From Limisphaerales bacterium (lineage in GTDB: Bacteria > Verrucomicrobiota > Verrucomicrobiia > Limisphaerales > JAJOIW01), in assembly GCA_965657355.1 (NCBI GenBank), contig CBFHOE010000002.1, positions 320,001 to 384,000 on the forward strand: a stretch of DNA of 64,000 bases, in the 5' to 3' direction. Under the pieces are notes generated by a model. The model worked only from the letters and a program-made list of their open reading frames with translations. It was not told where the DNA came from and did no database searches. Position 1 is the stretch's first letter. Each line of letters opens with the position of its first letter. Made by a program: the position numbers and the translations under genes. Below are positions 30,619 to 40,614 of the stretch, piece by piece.

Positions 30619-31965
30619 CTACACGGGAATACTGTAAGCCTTTATCTTGTTGTATAGTGTTTGTCTTCCGATCCCAAGTCTGCGAGCGGCTTCCAACTTA
30701 TTTCCACCAGTCTCTTTGAGGACCTGTTTAATGGTATTAAATTCCATAGCCTCCATGAGAGTTAATGAGGGCTCGGGCGACTCTTGAGGAGCGCTAGACT
30801 TGATAGACAAATCTTGGTGATCAATGTATTCGCCCTCACACATTAAAGCTGCTCTCTGAATTTCATTCTGCAACTGGCGGACATTGCCCGGCCAATCGTA
30901 TGATTTCAACTTCTCTTGAGCATTTTTGGTAAAACCTAAAACCTGCCGACCTGCCTGAGCTACGTATCTTTTTAAGAACATTTCACTGAGGGGAACAATA
31001 TCAGGAATGCGCTCCCTAAGAGGCGGTATATTTACTTCAATAGTGCCAATGCGGTAGTAAAGATCCTCTCTGAGTTTTCCTTCCTTAATGGCTTCATCAA
31101 CTTTACGGTTGGTCGCGGCAACGATCCGGCAATTGATTTTATAACTCTTTCTCCCCCCTACCCGGCGGGCCTCTCGCTCCTGAAGAACCCTCAGTAATTT
31201 ACTTTGGGTTTCGACCGGCATTTCTGAAAGCTCATCAAGAAAGAGAGTTCCACCTTCGGCTTGCGTAAACAATCCTTCTCTGTCGATAGCATCTGTATAA
31301 GCTCCTTTGACAGAACCAAATAATTCACTCTCTATCAAGTTCACAGGCAGAGCCGCGCAATTAATTTTTACCAAAGGACCGTTGTTTCTTTTGCTGGTAT
31401 TGTGTATGAGGTCGGCAACCACCTCTTTGCCTGTTCCGCTTTCGCCAATTATGAATACCGAGACATCTGTAGGGGCAACTCTTTCAATGGTCTTTAGAGC
31501 AGCTTTCATAGATGGACTTTGGAAAACGGGAGATTCACCACCCTTTAGTGTCGAAATGGCTTTCTTAAGATTGGCCGTTTCTTCATTCTGGACCTTTCTT
31601 TCCAATGCCCTTTCGAGGTGAATAAGCAATTGGTCCTGAGACTTGGCCAGACTACTTTTTTCTAAAAAGTGAAAAGCGCCTTTCTTCATCGACTCCACGA
31701 CTTTGTCAGTTGTGCTATTTCCAGTGAGGACAATTATCTCACATTGGCTCCATTTATCTTTTATAATGGGGATCAAGGTTAACCCGTCGGAATCGGGAAG
31801 CCCGAGATCCAATATGACAACGTCGACAGGGTCACCGCTAAAGCGCTCTTGTAAACCTTCACCGGAAGCAACCTCTTCTACATCATGAGAAGCCATCGTG
31901 AGGACATTTCTTAAGTAGTCCCTTATAGATGCTTCATCATCAACTATTAAAATTTTTGCGTTCAT
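30619..31965 (-). CDS. Sigma54-dependent response regulator (NtrC family: REC-AAA-HTH)
   Basis: ILIVDDE, DLGLPD, GESGTGKE, ESELFG..KGAYTDA (GAFTGA variant), LFLDE, WPGNVRQL, Fis-type HTH. Confidence 0.95.
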   Translation of the reverse strand: MNAKILIVDDEASIRDYLRNVLTMASHDVEEVASGEGLQERFSGDPVDVVILDLGLPDSDGLTLIPIIKDKWSQCEIIVLTGNSTTDKVVESMKKGAFHFLEKSSLAKSQDQLLIHLERALERKVQNEETANLKKAISTLKGGESPVFQSPSMKAALKTIERVAPTDVSVFIIGESGTGKEVVADLIHNTSKRNNGPLVKINCAALPVNLIESELFGSVKGAYTDAIDREGLFTQAEGGTLFLDELSEMPVETQSKLLRVLQEREARRVGGRKSYKINCRIVAATNRKVDEAIKEGKLREDLYYRIGTIEVNIPPLRERIPDIVPLSEMFLKRYVAQAGRQVLGFTKNAQEKLKSYDWPGNVRQLQNEIQRAALMCEGEYIDHQDLSIKSSAPQESPEPSLTLMEAMEFNTIKQVLKETGGNKLEAARRLGIGRQTLYNKIKAYSIPV

Positions 31966-32149
31966 TAGTTAATGCGAACAACCAAGTGTTACCGTTTAAA
32001 AAGAGGACAGAATGGCGACCATGACTAGAAATCTGACGATTTACTGTCTAAAAAAACGGACACTAACCTAAGAACCGTTCTATCCTTCTATCATCTTTTC
32101 GGAAGACTTGGCAGGTTACTTGAGCGGTGAGTGTTAAAAAATGAGGCGA

Positions 32150-32434
32150 TTAGCGTACAGGTGGAGGTAAATCAGTGCCCGGATACATCCGCAAGATGGT
32201 TTGTCTTATATTTCTGCTCTCCTCGGGTTTCATAATCTGACGGTTAATTCTTCTGTCCACCCCGCTCAACAATTCTAACCAGTCTGAAAGCTCAGGAAGC
32301 TTCATCGGCTCCCAGTTATCAAATCTTTTTTGACGATGGTAAAAACCCCACGTTTTACCGGATTTTTTAGCATAAACCTGCCATTTTTCACCGTATTCGT
32401 CGGTTTTTTTCCAGCTTATTTCCTGCTTTGCCAT
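32150..32434 (-). CDS. Hypothetical protein
   Basis: 94-aa Trp-rich ORF with GAGG RBS, 5 bp downstream of ispF. Confidence 0.75.
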   Translation of the reverse strand: MAKQEISWKKTDEYGEKWQVYAKKSGKTWGFYHRQKRFDNWEPMKLPELSDWLELLSGVDRRINRQIMKPEESRNIRQTILRMYPGTDLPPPVR

Positions 32435-32439
32435 GGCCT

Positions 32440-32934
32440 CTAATCGATGGATTCACGATCCATTCTCAGACTTGCGACGGCTAGGGCTGCAATCCCCTCT
32501 TTTCGGCCGACAAACCCCATCAATTCGTTTGTAGTTGCCTTAATACCGATCCTAGATACAGGTATATCCAAGGATTGGGCAATCGATGTCTTCATTTCTT
32601 CGACGCGCGGATTTATTTTTGGGACTTCTGCAACTAATGTTGAATCGATATTTACGATCTTGGCTCCAATTTCATTGCATTTCTGGGATATCTCTTTGAG
32701 AAAAACCAGGCTACTGACGTCTTTCCATTTCATATCGTCGTTGGGAAAGAAATGCCCTATATCTTGCAGACCCATTGCTCCAAGACAAGCATCAGCAATC
32801 GCGTGAACTAATACATCAGCATCAGAATGGCCGTCTAAGCCAAATGAGGATTCAAACTCAACACCGCCGAGAATCATTTTTCTCCCCTCTTTGAAGGCAT
32901 GAACATCATATCCTAGACCACTTCTGTAAATCAT
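32440..32934 (-). CDS. ispF: 2-C-methyl-D-erythritol 2,4-cyclodiphosphate synthase
   Basis: GLGYDVH, GHSDADVLVHAIADA, DIGHFFP, IKATTNE.MGFVGRKEGI; start set to MIYRSG. Confidence 0.96.
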   Translation of the reverse strand: MIYRSGLGYDVHAFKEGRKMILGGVEFESSFGLDGHSDADVLVHAIADACLGAMGLQDIGHFFPNDDMKWKDVSSLVFLKEISQKCNEIGAKIVNIDSTLVAEVPKINPRVEEMKTSIAQSLDIPVSRIGIKATTNELMGFVGRKEGIAALAVASLRMDRESID

Positions 32935-33055
32935 GATTATAAATTCTGCCCTATACTCTGCCCATTGGCCATTCCAAATACTAATAAGCATCTAAGGCGC
33001 AAGGTTTTGAAACCTTGATATAGATCCCCTAAAATGTTTTTCTTTCACACATATT

Positions 33056-33961
33056 ATGATTATTAAGGATATCCAGTCAGACCTGAAATCTAAAAAACAG
33101 CCATTGGTTTCTGTCGAATTCTTTCCCCCAAAAACGGAAAAAGGTATGAATTCCCTTTTTTCAAAAACTCTACCAGAGCTCGACAAATTGAATTTAGATT
33201 TTTGCTCTGTCACGTATGGAGCCGGGGGGAGTACGTCAGAAAAAACCTTAGACATGGTAAAAAAAGTCCAGGTCGACTTTGAGATCCCGTCGATGATGCA
33301 TTTAACTTGTGTCAATTCCACAAAAGAACAGCTTTCCGAGGTCTTAGAATCCGCCGTTCAAGCTGGAATCGAAAATATACTCGCGCTTAGAGGGGACCCC
33401 CCTGGGGGAGTAGGGGAATTTGTACCAACCGAGGGAGGCTTCGAGTTCTCCTACCAATTAGTTGATTTCTTAAAAAAAAGAGGGAATCTATGCATCGGCA
33501 CTGCTGGCTTCCCTCAAGGACACATACATTGTAAAGCTGGCAAATACGCTGACTGGGACCACCTTATTAACAAAATAAATCATGGTGCTGATTTTATTGT
33601 CACTCAGCTTTTTTTCAACAACGATGACTTTTACGAATTTAGAGACTACATTTACAATAAACTTGGCCGTGAAATACCAATTGAAGCCGGGATCTTGCCA
33701 ATTCAATCCGGCAAGCAATTAAGAAAGTTCACAGAACTGTGTGGAGCAAAGATTCCAAAGGAAATGGATGAGAAATTAAACCAACTAGGAGATGATGATG
33801 CGGCTGTGTCAGAATACGGGATTGAATACGCCTCGTCCCAAATCGAGGACCTAATCAAAAATGACGTCAATGGCATACATTTCTACTGTCTAAATAAGTC
33901 CCAATCTACTCTGCGTGTCTGTTCTAACCTTTCTCTGGAAGGAAGCCGAAAAACGGCATAA
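33056..33961 (+). CDS. metF: 5,10-methylenetetrahydrofolate reductase
   Basis: SVEFFPPK, SVTYGAGGST, HLTC, LALRGDPP, TQLFF, GIHFYCLN. Confidence 0.96.
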   Translation: MIIKDIQSDLKSKKQPLVSVEFFPPKTEKGMNSLFSKTLPELDKLNLDFCSVTYGAGGSTSEKTLDMVKKVQVDFEIPSMMHLTCVNSTKEQLSEVLESAVQAGIENILALRGDPPGGVGEFVPTEGGFEFSYQLVDFLKKRGNLCIGTAGFPQGHIHCKAGKYADWDHLINKINHGADFIVTQLFFNNDDFYEFRDYIYNKLGREIPIEAGILPIQSGKQLRKFTELCGAKIPKEMDEKLNQLGDDDAAVSEYGIEYASSQIEDLIKNDVNGIHFYCLNKSQSTLRVCSNLSLEGSRKTA

Positions 33962-33984
33962 TTTAGGAAGAGTTTGAGTGCCTT

Positions 33985-34554
33985 GTGATTTCAATTTTAA
34001 ATAAGACGTCGATAAAATATAAACCTTCAACAATGGATTCAACCTGGAAGGTCTGGGGCACACTTATTTTTGATCAAAATAAATCAGAAGCTTCGAGAAA
34101 TTCGTTTTGGAAGTTTATTCTGGAGAACGAGCTGGTTGTGGTGACCAAAACAATGAAACTTTCAAAAGAGGGAGAGATTTCAGCAATTTTAAATTTGGAT
34201 CGTTCTGCAAAGAGTTCTTTCGGCTCATTAGAGTTATTCCAAAAATCTATTTTAGCGGCCCGACACCAGCTCCAGTGCCTTGCCCCATTATCTGATCATC
34301 TCGGCTTAAGGGAGTATCGTAAAGCGGTAGAAAAGAAAACATGCTTTGGGTTCCAACCGATTGTTTACGGACTTTTCTTCGAAGCTTACTCTATCCCCAT
34401 TCGTCAGGGGTTGAGTTATTATGCCGACCAGTATAGACACAATGTGCCAGAACTCTTCCAACCCAGTGACGGGTGGAGCAACCTGCTGACTACATCCATT
34501 AACCAGGTAATTTCTGAATCATTAAAAGACGCGCCTTTAATTCGGGCTTTATAA
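33985..34554 (+). CDS. Hypothetical protein, possibly UreF-like helical fold
   Basis: 189-aa ORF after metF; segment G.QPIVYGL...YSIPIRQGL..Y is reminiscent of UreF-family proteins; weak call. Confidence 0.45.
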   Translation: MISILNKTSIKYKPSTMDSTWKVWGTLIFDQNKSEASRNSFWKFILENELVVVTKTMKLSKEGEISAILNLDRSAKSSFGSLELFQKSILAARHQLQCLAPLSDHLGLREYRKAVEKKTCFGFQPIVYGLFFEAYSIPIRQGLSYYADQYRHNVPELFQPSDGWSNLLTTSINQVISESLKDAPLIRAL

Positions 34555-34774
34555 GCCCCTTCGGGAAGTTATTACCTCCCTTTGCAGGGGGGCATCACCA
34601 TTTGAAAGTATCGGAGTGTAATAGTATATGTCGCGATTTTTATCGAAAGTAATGAAAGGCACGATTCCATTATCGCTAGCGATTAAATCTGTGTTCCCTT
34701 CAAAAAATTTAAAGCCAATATATAATGTTGATGCTGGGTGAATCTTTAATGGGTTAACTCAATACCTCTCTCAT

Positions 34775-36412
34775 TCATTCTGAAACAGTCTCCATGACAT
34801 GGAAAATATAGTTTTGTTCTCGCACGCCTCTGAAAAGATAGGCACCCGGACCTTGTGCAAAAATGGGGACGTCTTCGCCGGCGTGAGTCTCGGAAGTTAA
34901 AGGAATAAGCGCCTCCTGAATATAATCAGGATCTGTAGTATCTACTTTTGTTAGATCCGGCCTCCCAGGATGAGGGACTTTTATATACTCGTATTTACCC
35001 GAACTTGAGGACAATGGACCACCGAATTCTTTCCTGTATTTTTGTCCACCATTGAGAATCTCCAAATTCTCAACATTTATCATTGGCCCTGTGTAGCCGC
35101 CTCCATTGGCATATGCCAAAGCGGTAAAGGGTAACCCAAGCATATCGCGTTCTATTTCCTTTTTAGGATTACCGGCAGCATCATTATAAAGCGCCTTTCC
35201 CAAAATCGGATTACCTCGGACACTGTAACCACCAATGGTCAAGGTATGACTATGATCGGCAGTGACTATAATTAGTGTGTCCTTTTTCTCTTCTTCACTC
35301 AATTCTTTTAAAGCCGCAGCAACTGCATCAGCAAAGGCAATAGTGTCGATTAGAGCCCGATACGCGTTTCCTGCATGATGCCCATGATCAATTCGACCGC
35401 CTTCCACATTAAGAAAAAATCCGTTGGGATTATTTCTTAAAATACGAATCGCTGTGACAGTCATTTCAGCAAGGGAAGGTTCGCTTGGTTGCCCACTTGA
35501 TGTCCGGTCATGTTCATATTGCATGTGCGACCTTTCGAATAAGCCAAGGAGCTTTTTAGTTCGCACAGTATCAATGTCGTCAAATTGCTGCTTATTCCAA
35601 ACATAAATGGCATCTTTTTTGTTCACCCACTCATTAATTAAATTTCTTCCATCAAGACGCACACCTTGAGTACCTTCATCTTCTGGATCAGTAATATCAC
35701 TTGGCAAAAATGATCGTCGCCCTCCCCCCAAAGCGACATCCACACCATCTCCATAGGGCATCTCAATAAGCTGCAACGCTATATCTTTAACCCCAGCTGA
35801 ATATGCCTCTTTGTTTCTTTGCTTGATATCCCTGTCGTTTTCCCAATTCCTATCGGCACTATGAGCATAGCAGCTTGCAGGAGTCGCGTGCGTAATCCGT
35901 GAGGTTGTCACCAAGCCAGAAGACTTACCCATTTCCTCAAAAGACTGCAGAATTGTTTTCAATGGTTTTGCGTCCCCCCCGAAATCCTTTGTGGATGTAT
36001 GGTCTCCACGCACAACTTCTTTGGAATAACTAATGATTCCTTGTTTAGTTTTGTGCCCTGTGACCATGGCTGTCATCGTTCCGGCCGAATCTGGTACCTG
36101 AGAATTAGAATTATAGGTTTTAGATAGGGCTAAATGGTCTAACTGTTCAAAAGAGAGAACATTCTCTTCGCCAGTTTCTCCTCTTATCTGACCATCGAGA
36201 ATTCGGGCCGCGGTGATTGTAGAAATACCCATCCCGTCCCCCACGAAAAGTATAATATTTTTGGCTTTTTTGGGATAGACAGGCATGTCCAATGCGCGTT
36301 GAACACTTGCAGCTTGGGCCTCATAAGACGCAGGATCTTTGCTTTGCTGCCCAATAGAGCAACTGGCACTTAGCACTACAATGAAGAAACTTGCTATATA
36401 TTTTTTTTTCAT
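34775..36412 (-). CDS. phoA: Alkaline phosphatase, PhoA family, probable lipoprotein
   Basis: LSASC lipobox-like, FVGDGMG, active-site PDSAGT, THATPA, VEGGRIDHGHH, TADHSH, ETHAGEDV. Confidence 0.93.
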   Translation of the reverse strand: MKKKYIASFFIVVLSASCSIGQQSKDPASYEAQAASVQRALDMPVYPKKAKNIILFVGDGMGISTITAARILDGQIRGETGEENVLSFEQLDHLALSKTYNSNSQVPDSAGTMTAMVTGHKTKQGIISYSKEVVRGDHTSTKDFGGDAKPLKTILQSFEEMGKSSGLVTTSRITHATPASCYAHSADRNWENDRDIKQRNKEAYSAGVKDIALQLIEMPYGDGVDVALGGGRRSFLPSDITDPEDEGTQGVRLDGRNLINEWVNKKDAIYVWNKQQFDDIDTVRTKKLLGLFERSHMQYEHDRTSSGQPSEPSLAEMTVTAIRILRNNPNGFFLNVEGGRIDHGHHAGNAYRALIDTIAFADAVAAALKELSEEEKKDTLIIVTADHSHTLTIGGYSVRGNPILGKALYNDAAGNPKKEIERDMLGLPFTALAYANGGGYTGPMINVENLEILNGGQKYRKEFGGPLSSSSGKYEYIKVPHPGRPDLTKVDTTDPDYIQEALIPLTSETHAGEDVPIFAQGPGAYLFRGVREQNYIFHVMETVSE

Positions 36413-37152
36413 GGCTGGTCTATTTTAACTCTGCAGACTTGGTGGGGTATGGAATATTTGTGGATTAAGCTCACCAAACCCGGCTCTTCTTCAAGGTCAC
36501 CCAAGTCAGCAAAATCATAGCGTATAAATTGATCACTAATATCGGGTAATTGGTCCAAATAGCTGTGTCCCGACTCTACATCTTTCAATGTCACGGAAAT
36601 GGTCATTGATTTGTTTTCAACAATCAATGATCTGGCAATTTGTAGTTCAGGCAGCCAAGATACTGTGTATTTAATTTCCCCAAAATTGTGAGAATAAATT
36701 TCTTCTATGTAAGAGTCTTTCCATTTGGAAACATCTTCCAATTTAAAATATTTTTTTACAGCAGATATTGAGGCAAAACAAGCTACCTCGTCCCATGATG
36801 ATTTATAATCTAGTATCAACAAGTCATCATGAGAAAATTCAATAACCCGTTTTTCATTCATAAAGACTCTTGACTGAATTACCTCACCACCCCTTCTTTT
36901 GGACCAGACCTCACAAGACTCGCCTAACCCACGGGCTCTTTCAAAAGGACCGATTGTTCTCTTCGTCTTAAAAACTTTGGAATCTCGCCAAAAAATCCAG
37001 TTAAAGGTTCGATTCTGGCCCAGATGACTTTTTTTGTAGATAATATCCGTTTGACACTGTCCAGAAATTTTAGGCAATTCCCCAGCATAGAGAAATCCAA
37101 TACTTGTTAGGGCAAAAATGAAGAGTATAAAGGATTTAGACACCCTCAACAT
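36409..37152 (-). CDS. Secreted hypothetical protein translationally coupled to phoA
   Basis: Signal peptide from MLRVSKSFILFIFAL (alternative start 37206); ATGA overlap with phoA; acidic C-terminal DFADLGDLEEEP. Confidence 0.7.
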   Translation of the reverse strand: MLRVSKSFILFIFALTSIGFLYAGELPKISGQCQTDIIYKKSHLGQNRTFNWIFWRDSKVFKTKRTIGPFERARGLGESCEVWSKRRGGEVIQSRVFMNEKRVIEFSHDDLLILDYKSSWDEVACFASISAVKKYFKLEDVSKWKDSYIEEIYSHNFGEIKYTVSWLPELQIARSLIVENKSMTISVTLKDVESGHSYLDQLPDISDQFIRYDFADLGDLEEEPGLVSLIHKYSIPHQVCRVKIDQP

Positions 37153-37617
37153 ATTAAAGAGACTTGGTTTCTTGATTTCGACAATGCAAGTAATTCCGCT
37201 GCTCATTGGTGAATGATTCAGTATAAAAATATCTTGGAGATCGAATTGATGTCAAAGATTCATTTAATAAGTTTATACTTACCTTCGAACAAAAATAGTT
37301 GAGTTCCTCATAAAATCTAGGCCTCCAGCTTTAATTTTCACCACGGAATTCAAACCGCTTTATAAAAAATTCTTAAAAAGAATCATCGACCAAAATCCTG
37401 TTATTGGATACTTCCAATTGAAAATCCTGCCAAACCTGCCTGTCAAGAATATAATAGGCATTGCATCACAGGTCACATCCTGTTGTTATTATGTATTGAA
37501 TCAAGGCGCACAGTTTATTCATGAGTTGGGAAGTCCATCTTGGCAGCATCATATATTTTTGAAGTTAGCCCCCCAATTATTGTCATGTTTTTAATACTGG
37601 ATTTTATTTTATAAAGA

Positions 37618-38934
37618 ATGAAGTTTAAATCGTATACAAGGAATGACCTAAAGACGGTCGCTGAAAGACTGGATTTATCCAAAGATAAGGTCCTAGAAAT
37701 GGAGGCAGTATCTGCAGTGCTTCCGTTTAGGGTAAATAATTATGTTCTGGAAAATTTAATTGATAAGGATTCTTTGCCAAACGACCCTATGTATCAACTT
37801 ACTTTTCCCCACAGGGAAATGTTAGATGATAGTGACTTCAATAGCATTTTCGATCTCGTGGCGACAAATGCTGACCCGAATACCATAAGATCGGCAGCTA
37901 ATAGAGTCCGAAATAAATTAAACCCGCACCCAGCCGGCCAAATGGAATTGAATGTGCCAAATGTTGATGGGGATAAGTTGGATGGGATACAACACAAATA
38001 TAATGAAACAGTCCTTTTCTTTCCAGCCCAAGGTCAAACATGCCATTCTTATTGCAGCTACTGTTTTAGATGGGCCCAATTCATCGGTAATGCTGACTTA
38101 AAATTCGCCTCAAAAGAAACCGATAAGCTGATTCAATACCTCAAAGAAAACCCTCAGGTTAGCAGCCTATTGATAACAGGCGGTGACCCGATGGTCATGA
38201 AAACCTCGATTTTAAAAAGTTACATTGAACCGATACTAAATGCTGATTTGCCAAACCTACACAGCATCAGAATCGGGACTAAAGCACTCGCATACTGGCC
38301 TTATAGATTTACGGAAGGAGAGGAAGCTGACGGACTGATGAGGCTCTTCGAATCAGTAAAAAAGGCCGGCAAACATCTCGCCTTGATGGCACATTCAAGC
38401 CACCCAGTGGAATTGGAGCCAGCCATTGCAGAAAAAGCAATCTCTCGAGTCATTTCTTCTGGGGCAACAATTCGAGCCCAGGCCCCTTTAATAAAACGGG
38501 TAAATGATGAGTCAAATGTTTGGGCTGAATTATGGAGAAAGCAAGTCAGATTAGGGATTATACCTTATTATATGTTTGTCGAACGCGATACTGGGGCCAA
38601 AAACTATTTTGAAGTCCCACTGACACAGGCCTATCAAATTTTCACAAAAGCTTATAGCAAAGTCGCAGGTCTTGCGAGAACAGTGAGGGGCCCATCAATG
38701 TCCACAGCACCTGGCAAGGTCATGGTAGATGGGATAACCACGATAGGTAATGAAAAATTGTTTGTCTTAAAAATGCTACAAGGCAGGGATCCGTCTTGGG
38801 TTAACAAAGTTTTCTTTGCTAAGTATGATGCAAATGCCACTTGGCTTAATGAACTCAAGCCAGCTTTCGGGGAACAGCATTTTTTCTTTGAGGATAAACT
38901 TACAAAAAGTGGCGAGCTGTTCACTGGAAAATAA
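37618..38934 (+). CDS. KamA-family radical SAM protein (lysine 2,3-aminomutase-like)
   Basis: HKYNETVLFF, CHSYCSYC, ITGGDPM, IRIGTK, PYYMF, GLARTVRGPSMS..PGK. Confidence 0.88.
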   Translation: MKFKSYTRNDLKTVAERLDLSKDKVLEMEAVSAVLPFRVNNYVLENLIDKDSLPNDPMYQLTFPHREMLDDSDFNSIFDLVATNADPNTIRSAANRVRNKLNPHPAGQMELNVPNVDGDKLDGIQHKYNETVLFFPAQGQTCHSYCSYCFRWAQFIGNADLKFASKETDKLIQYLKENPQVSSLLITGGDPMVMKTSILKSYIEPILNADLPNLHSIRIGTKALAYWPYRFTEGEEADGLMRLFESVKKAGKHLALMAHSSHPVELEPAIAEKAISRVISSGATIRAQAPLIKRVNDESNVWAELWRKQVRLGIIPYYMFVERDTGAKNYFEVPLTQAYQIFTKAYSKVAGLARTVRGPSMSTAPGKVMVDGITTIGNEKLFVLKMLQGRDPSWVNKVFFAKYDANATWLNELKPAFGEQHFFFEDKLTKSGELFTGK

Positions 38935-38961
38935 TTTTCGGGAGATAATTTTTTAATCTGT

Positions 38962-40614
38962 TTAATTCGTTTGGAGCTCGCTCAGGCGCTGATTGGTGAG
39001 GTCGCTCCAGTTGATAATATTGACTTTTGGCTCTTCTGAGCTCTGGCCAATTTTATTATCTCGGAGTTGAACACGCCCTTCGATACTATCGATGATAATG
39101 TCGAATTTAGCATTGGAAATCTCAGTATCTTTAATGAACTTATTATCTGCTAATACATAATTTGACTTCCAAAGGTTACTCCCCAAAAGAACAACGCCGG
39201 CCGAATTTTGAAGCCATGTTCCATAGTTTATGAATTGGTTCTTGAGAATTCTCAAATCTCCATGCTGTGCCATCAATCCAAAATCTGTATTTCGAATAAA
39301 TCGGTTATTGATTACATCCATATTTTTTAACTGAGCAGCCCCCCTATTAACACTAATCCCGAAATCACATTCGATAAAATCATTATCTGTAATGTCGATA
39401 TTTGTTAGGTCTTTCAAAGGGAATATGTTAACCCCGATGGAATATCCTTTAATTAAATTTCCATTTATTTGGATACCCAAGAGACCGTCGAAAACAATAC
39501 CTGAACCTGAATTGGGATATCGATGTTCGATGAGGTTATTCCGAATAACTATATCCTTGTAGTGGTTACTAGGAGCATTAGTAGCAAAAACCATGATACC
39601 AATATTGTTAGAATCAAGTATCTCGTTTCCTTCAATCAGAATTCCCTGAGAGGGAAACCCAGGAAAAGCACCCTCTACTTCAACCCCACGATTACATCTT
39701 ACAAAGGTATTGTTGAGAACATACCAGCTTGACCCAATGCCACTAATAGCTGCGCCGTCGTGAAATAATACTGGGACTGTCGCATCACCCCCATCTTCAA
39801 AATGACAATTTTCTATGTAGACGTTTCGACTTGCTCGAGGTGTATGTAATTGAGAAATGCCGTGGTTCCCAAATTTTACGAATCGACATTTATTAAATCG
39901 AATATCCTGGTTATAACCAGAGAGTTCAACTGTGGTAAATAATCGAACGGGATTTTCGGGTACTTCAGGTTTATCCCCTCGGAATTCTATTCCTTGTATT
40001 AAAATGTTCTCGCATCCAGCAATCCTCAAGAATTCTCCTGGCCCATTTCCTTTAAATACAACTTCACCCTGCCCAATAATCTTAATGTCTCTTTTATTTT
40101 TTAATTCCAACATAGGTTTGATACGCTCAACACCATATGTCATGGTCGGGACTACCTCGTAGAAACCTTCTTCTATGAATATGATATCGCCGTTTGCGCA
40201 AATCTGGAGAGCCTTTTGAAGCGATGCAAATGGCTCTTTCACTTTGTTGGGCTTTCCTAACGCATCGTCCCCACTTTTCGCTGATACGTAGAGGATGCGG
40301 GGTTGGGAATCAGTATAAACTGAAGGAATGACCCGAAAATATTTAGAAAGTTTCCAACCACCTCTAACAACGCAACTCCTATCTACAGGCATGATTCCAT
40401 TATAAACCACCTTCCAATCCTTAAGATTAGAAGATCCCAGTATATCAGATCTCGTATCAGGCAAATTAGAAACAACAAAAAAATCACCCTCTACAGGTCT
40501 TATTTTCAGTCGCCCAATCTCATTCCCGAAAGAAAAATGGTATACAGGTAGAACTACCAAAGCTAAACACCAAAAGATCCAAAGCGTACTCATACAATAG
40601 CGTAATTTATTCAT
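38962..40614 (-). CDS. Secreted right-handed parallel beta-helix repeat protein
   Basis: Signal/anchor, LYVSAKSGDD...PFASLQKAL...GDIIFIEEGFY, repeated IxxNxF/GI coils. Confidence 0.8.
   Translation of the reverse strand: MNKLRYCMSTLWIFWCLALVVLPVYHFSFGNEIGRLKIRPVEGDFFVVSNLPDTRSDILGSSNLKDWKVVYNGIMPVDRSCVVRGGWKLSKYFRVIPSVYTDSQPRILYVSAKSGDDALGKPNKVKEPFASLQKALQICANGDIIFIEEGFYEVVPTMTYGVERIKPMLELKNKRDIKIIGQGEVVFKGNGPGEFLRIAGCENILIQGIEFRGDKPEVPENPVRLFTTVELSGYNQDIRFNKCRFVKFGNHGISQLHTPRASRNVYIENCHFEDGGDATVPVLFHDGAAISGIGSSWYVLNNTFVRCNRGVEVEGAFPGFPSQGILIEGNEILDSNNIGIMVFATNAPSNHYKDIVIRNNLIEHRYPNSGSGIVFDGLLGIQINGNLIKGYSIGVNIFPLKDLTNIDITDNDFIECDFGISVNRGAAQLKNMDVINNRFIRNTDFGLMAQHGDLRILKNQFINYGTWLQNSAGVVLLGSNLWKSNYVLADNKFIKDTEISNAKFDIIIDSIEGRVQLRDNKIGQSSEEPKVNIINWSDLTNQRLSELQTN

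Noticed and set aside
32935..33055. SAM riboswitch upstream of metF
   Set aside because: Short AT-rich divergent spacer with no recognisable aptamer
37207..37617. Pho box or lysine riboswitch between the phoA operon and kamA
   Set aside because: Only isolated TGTCA-like half sites without 11-bp periodicity; no riboswitch consensus recognised
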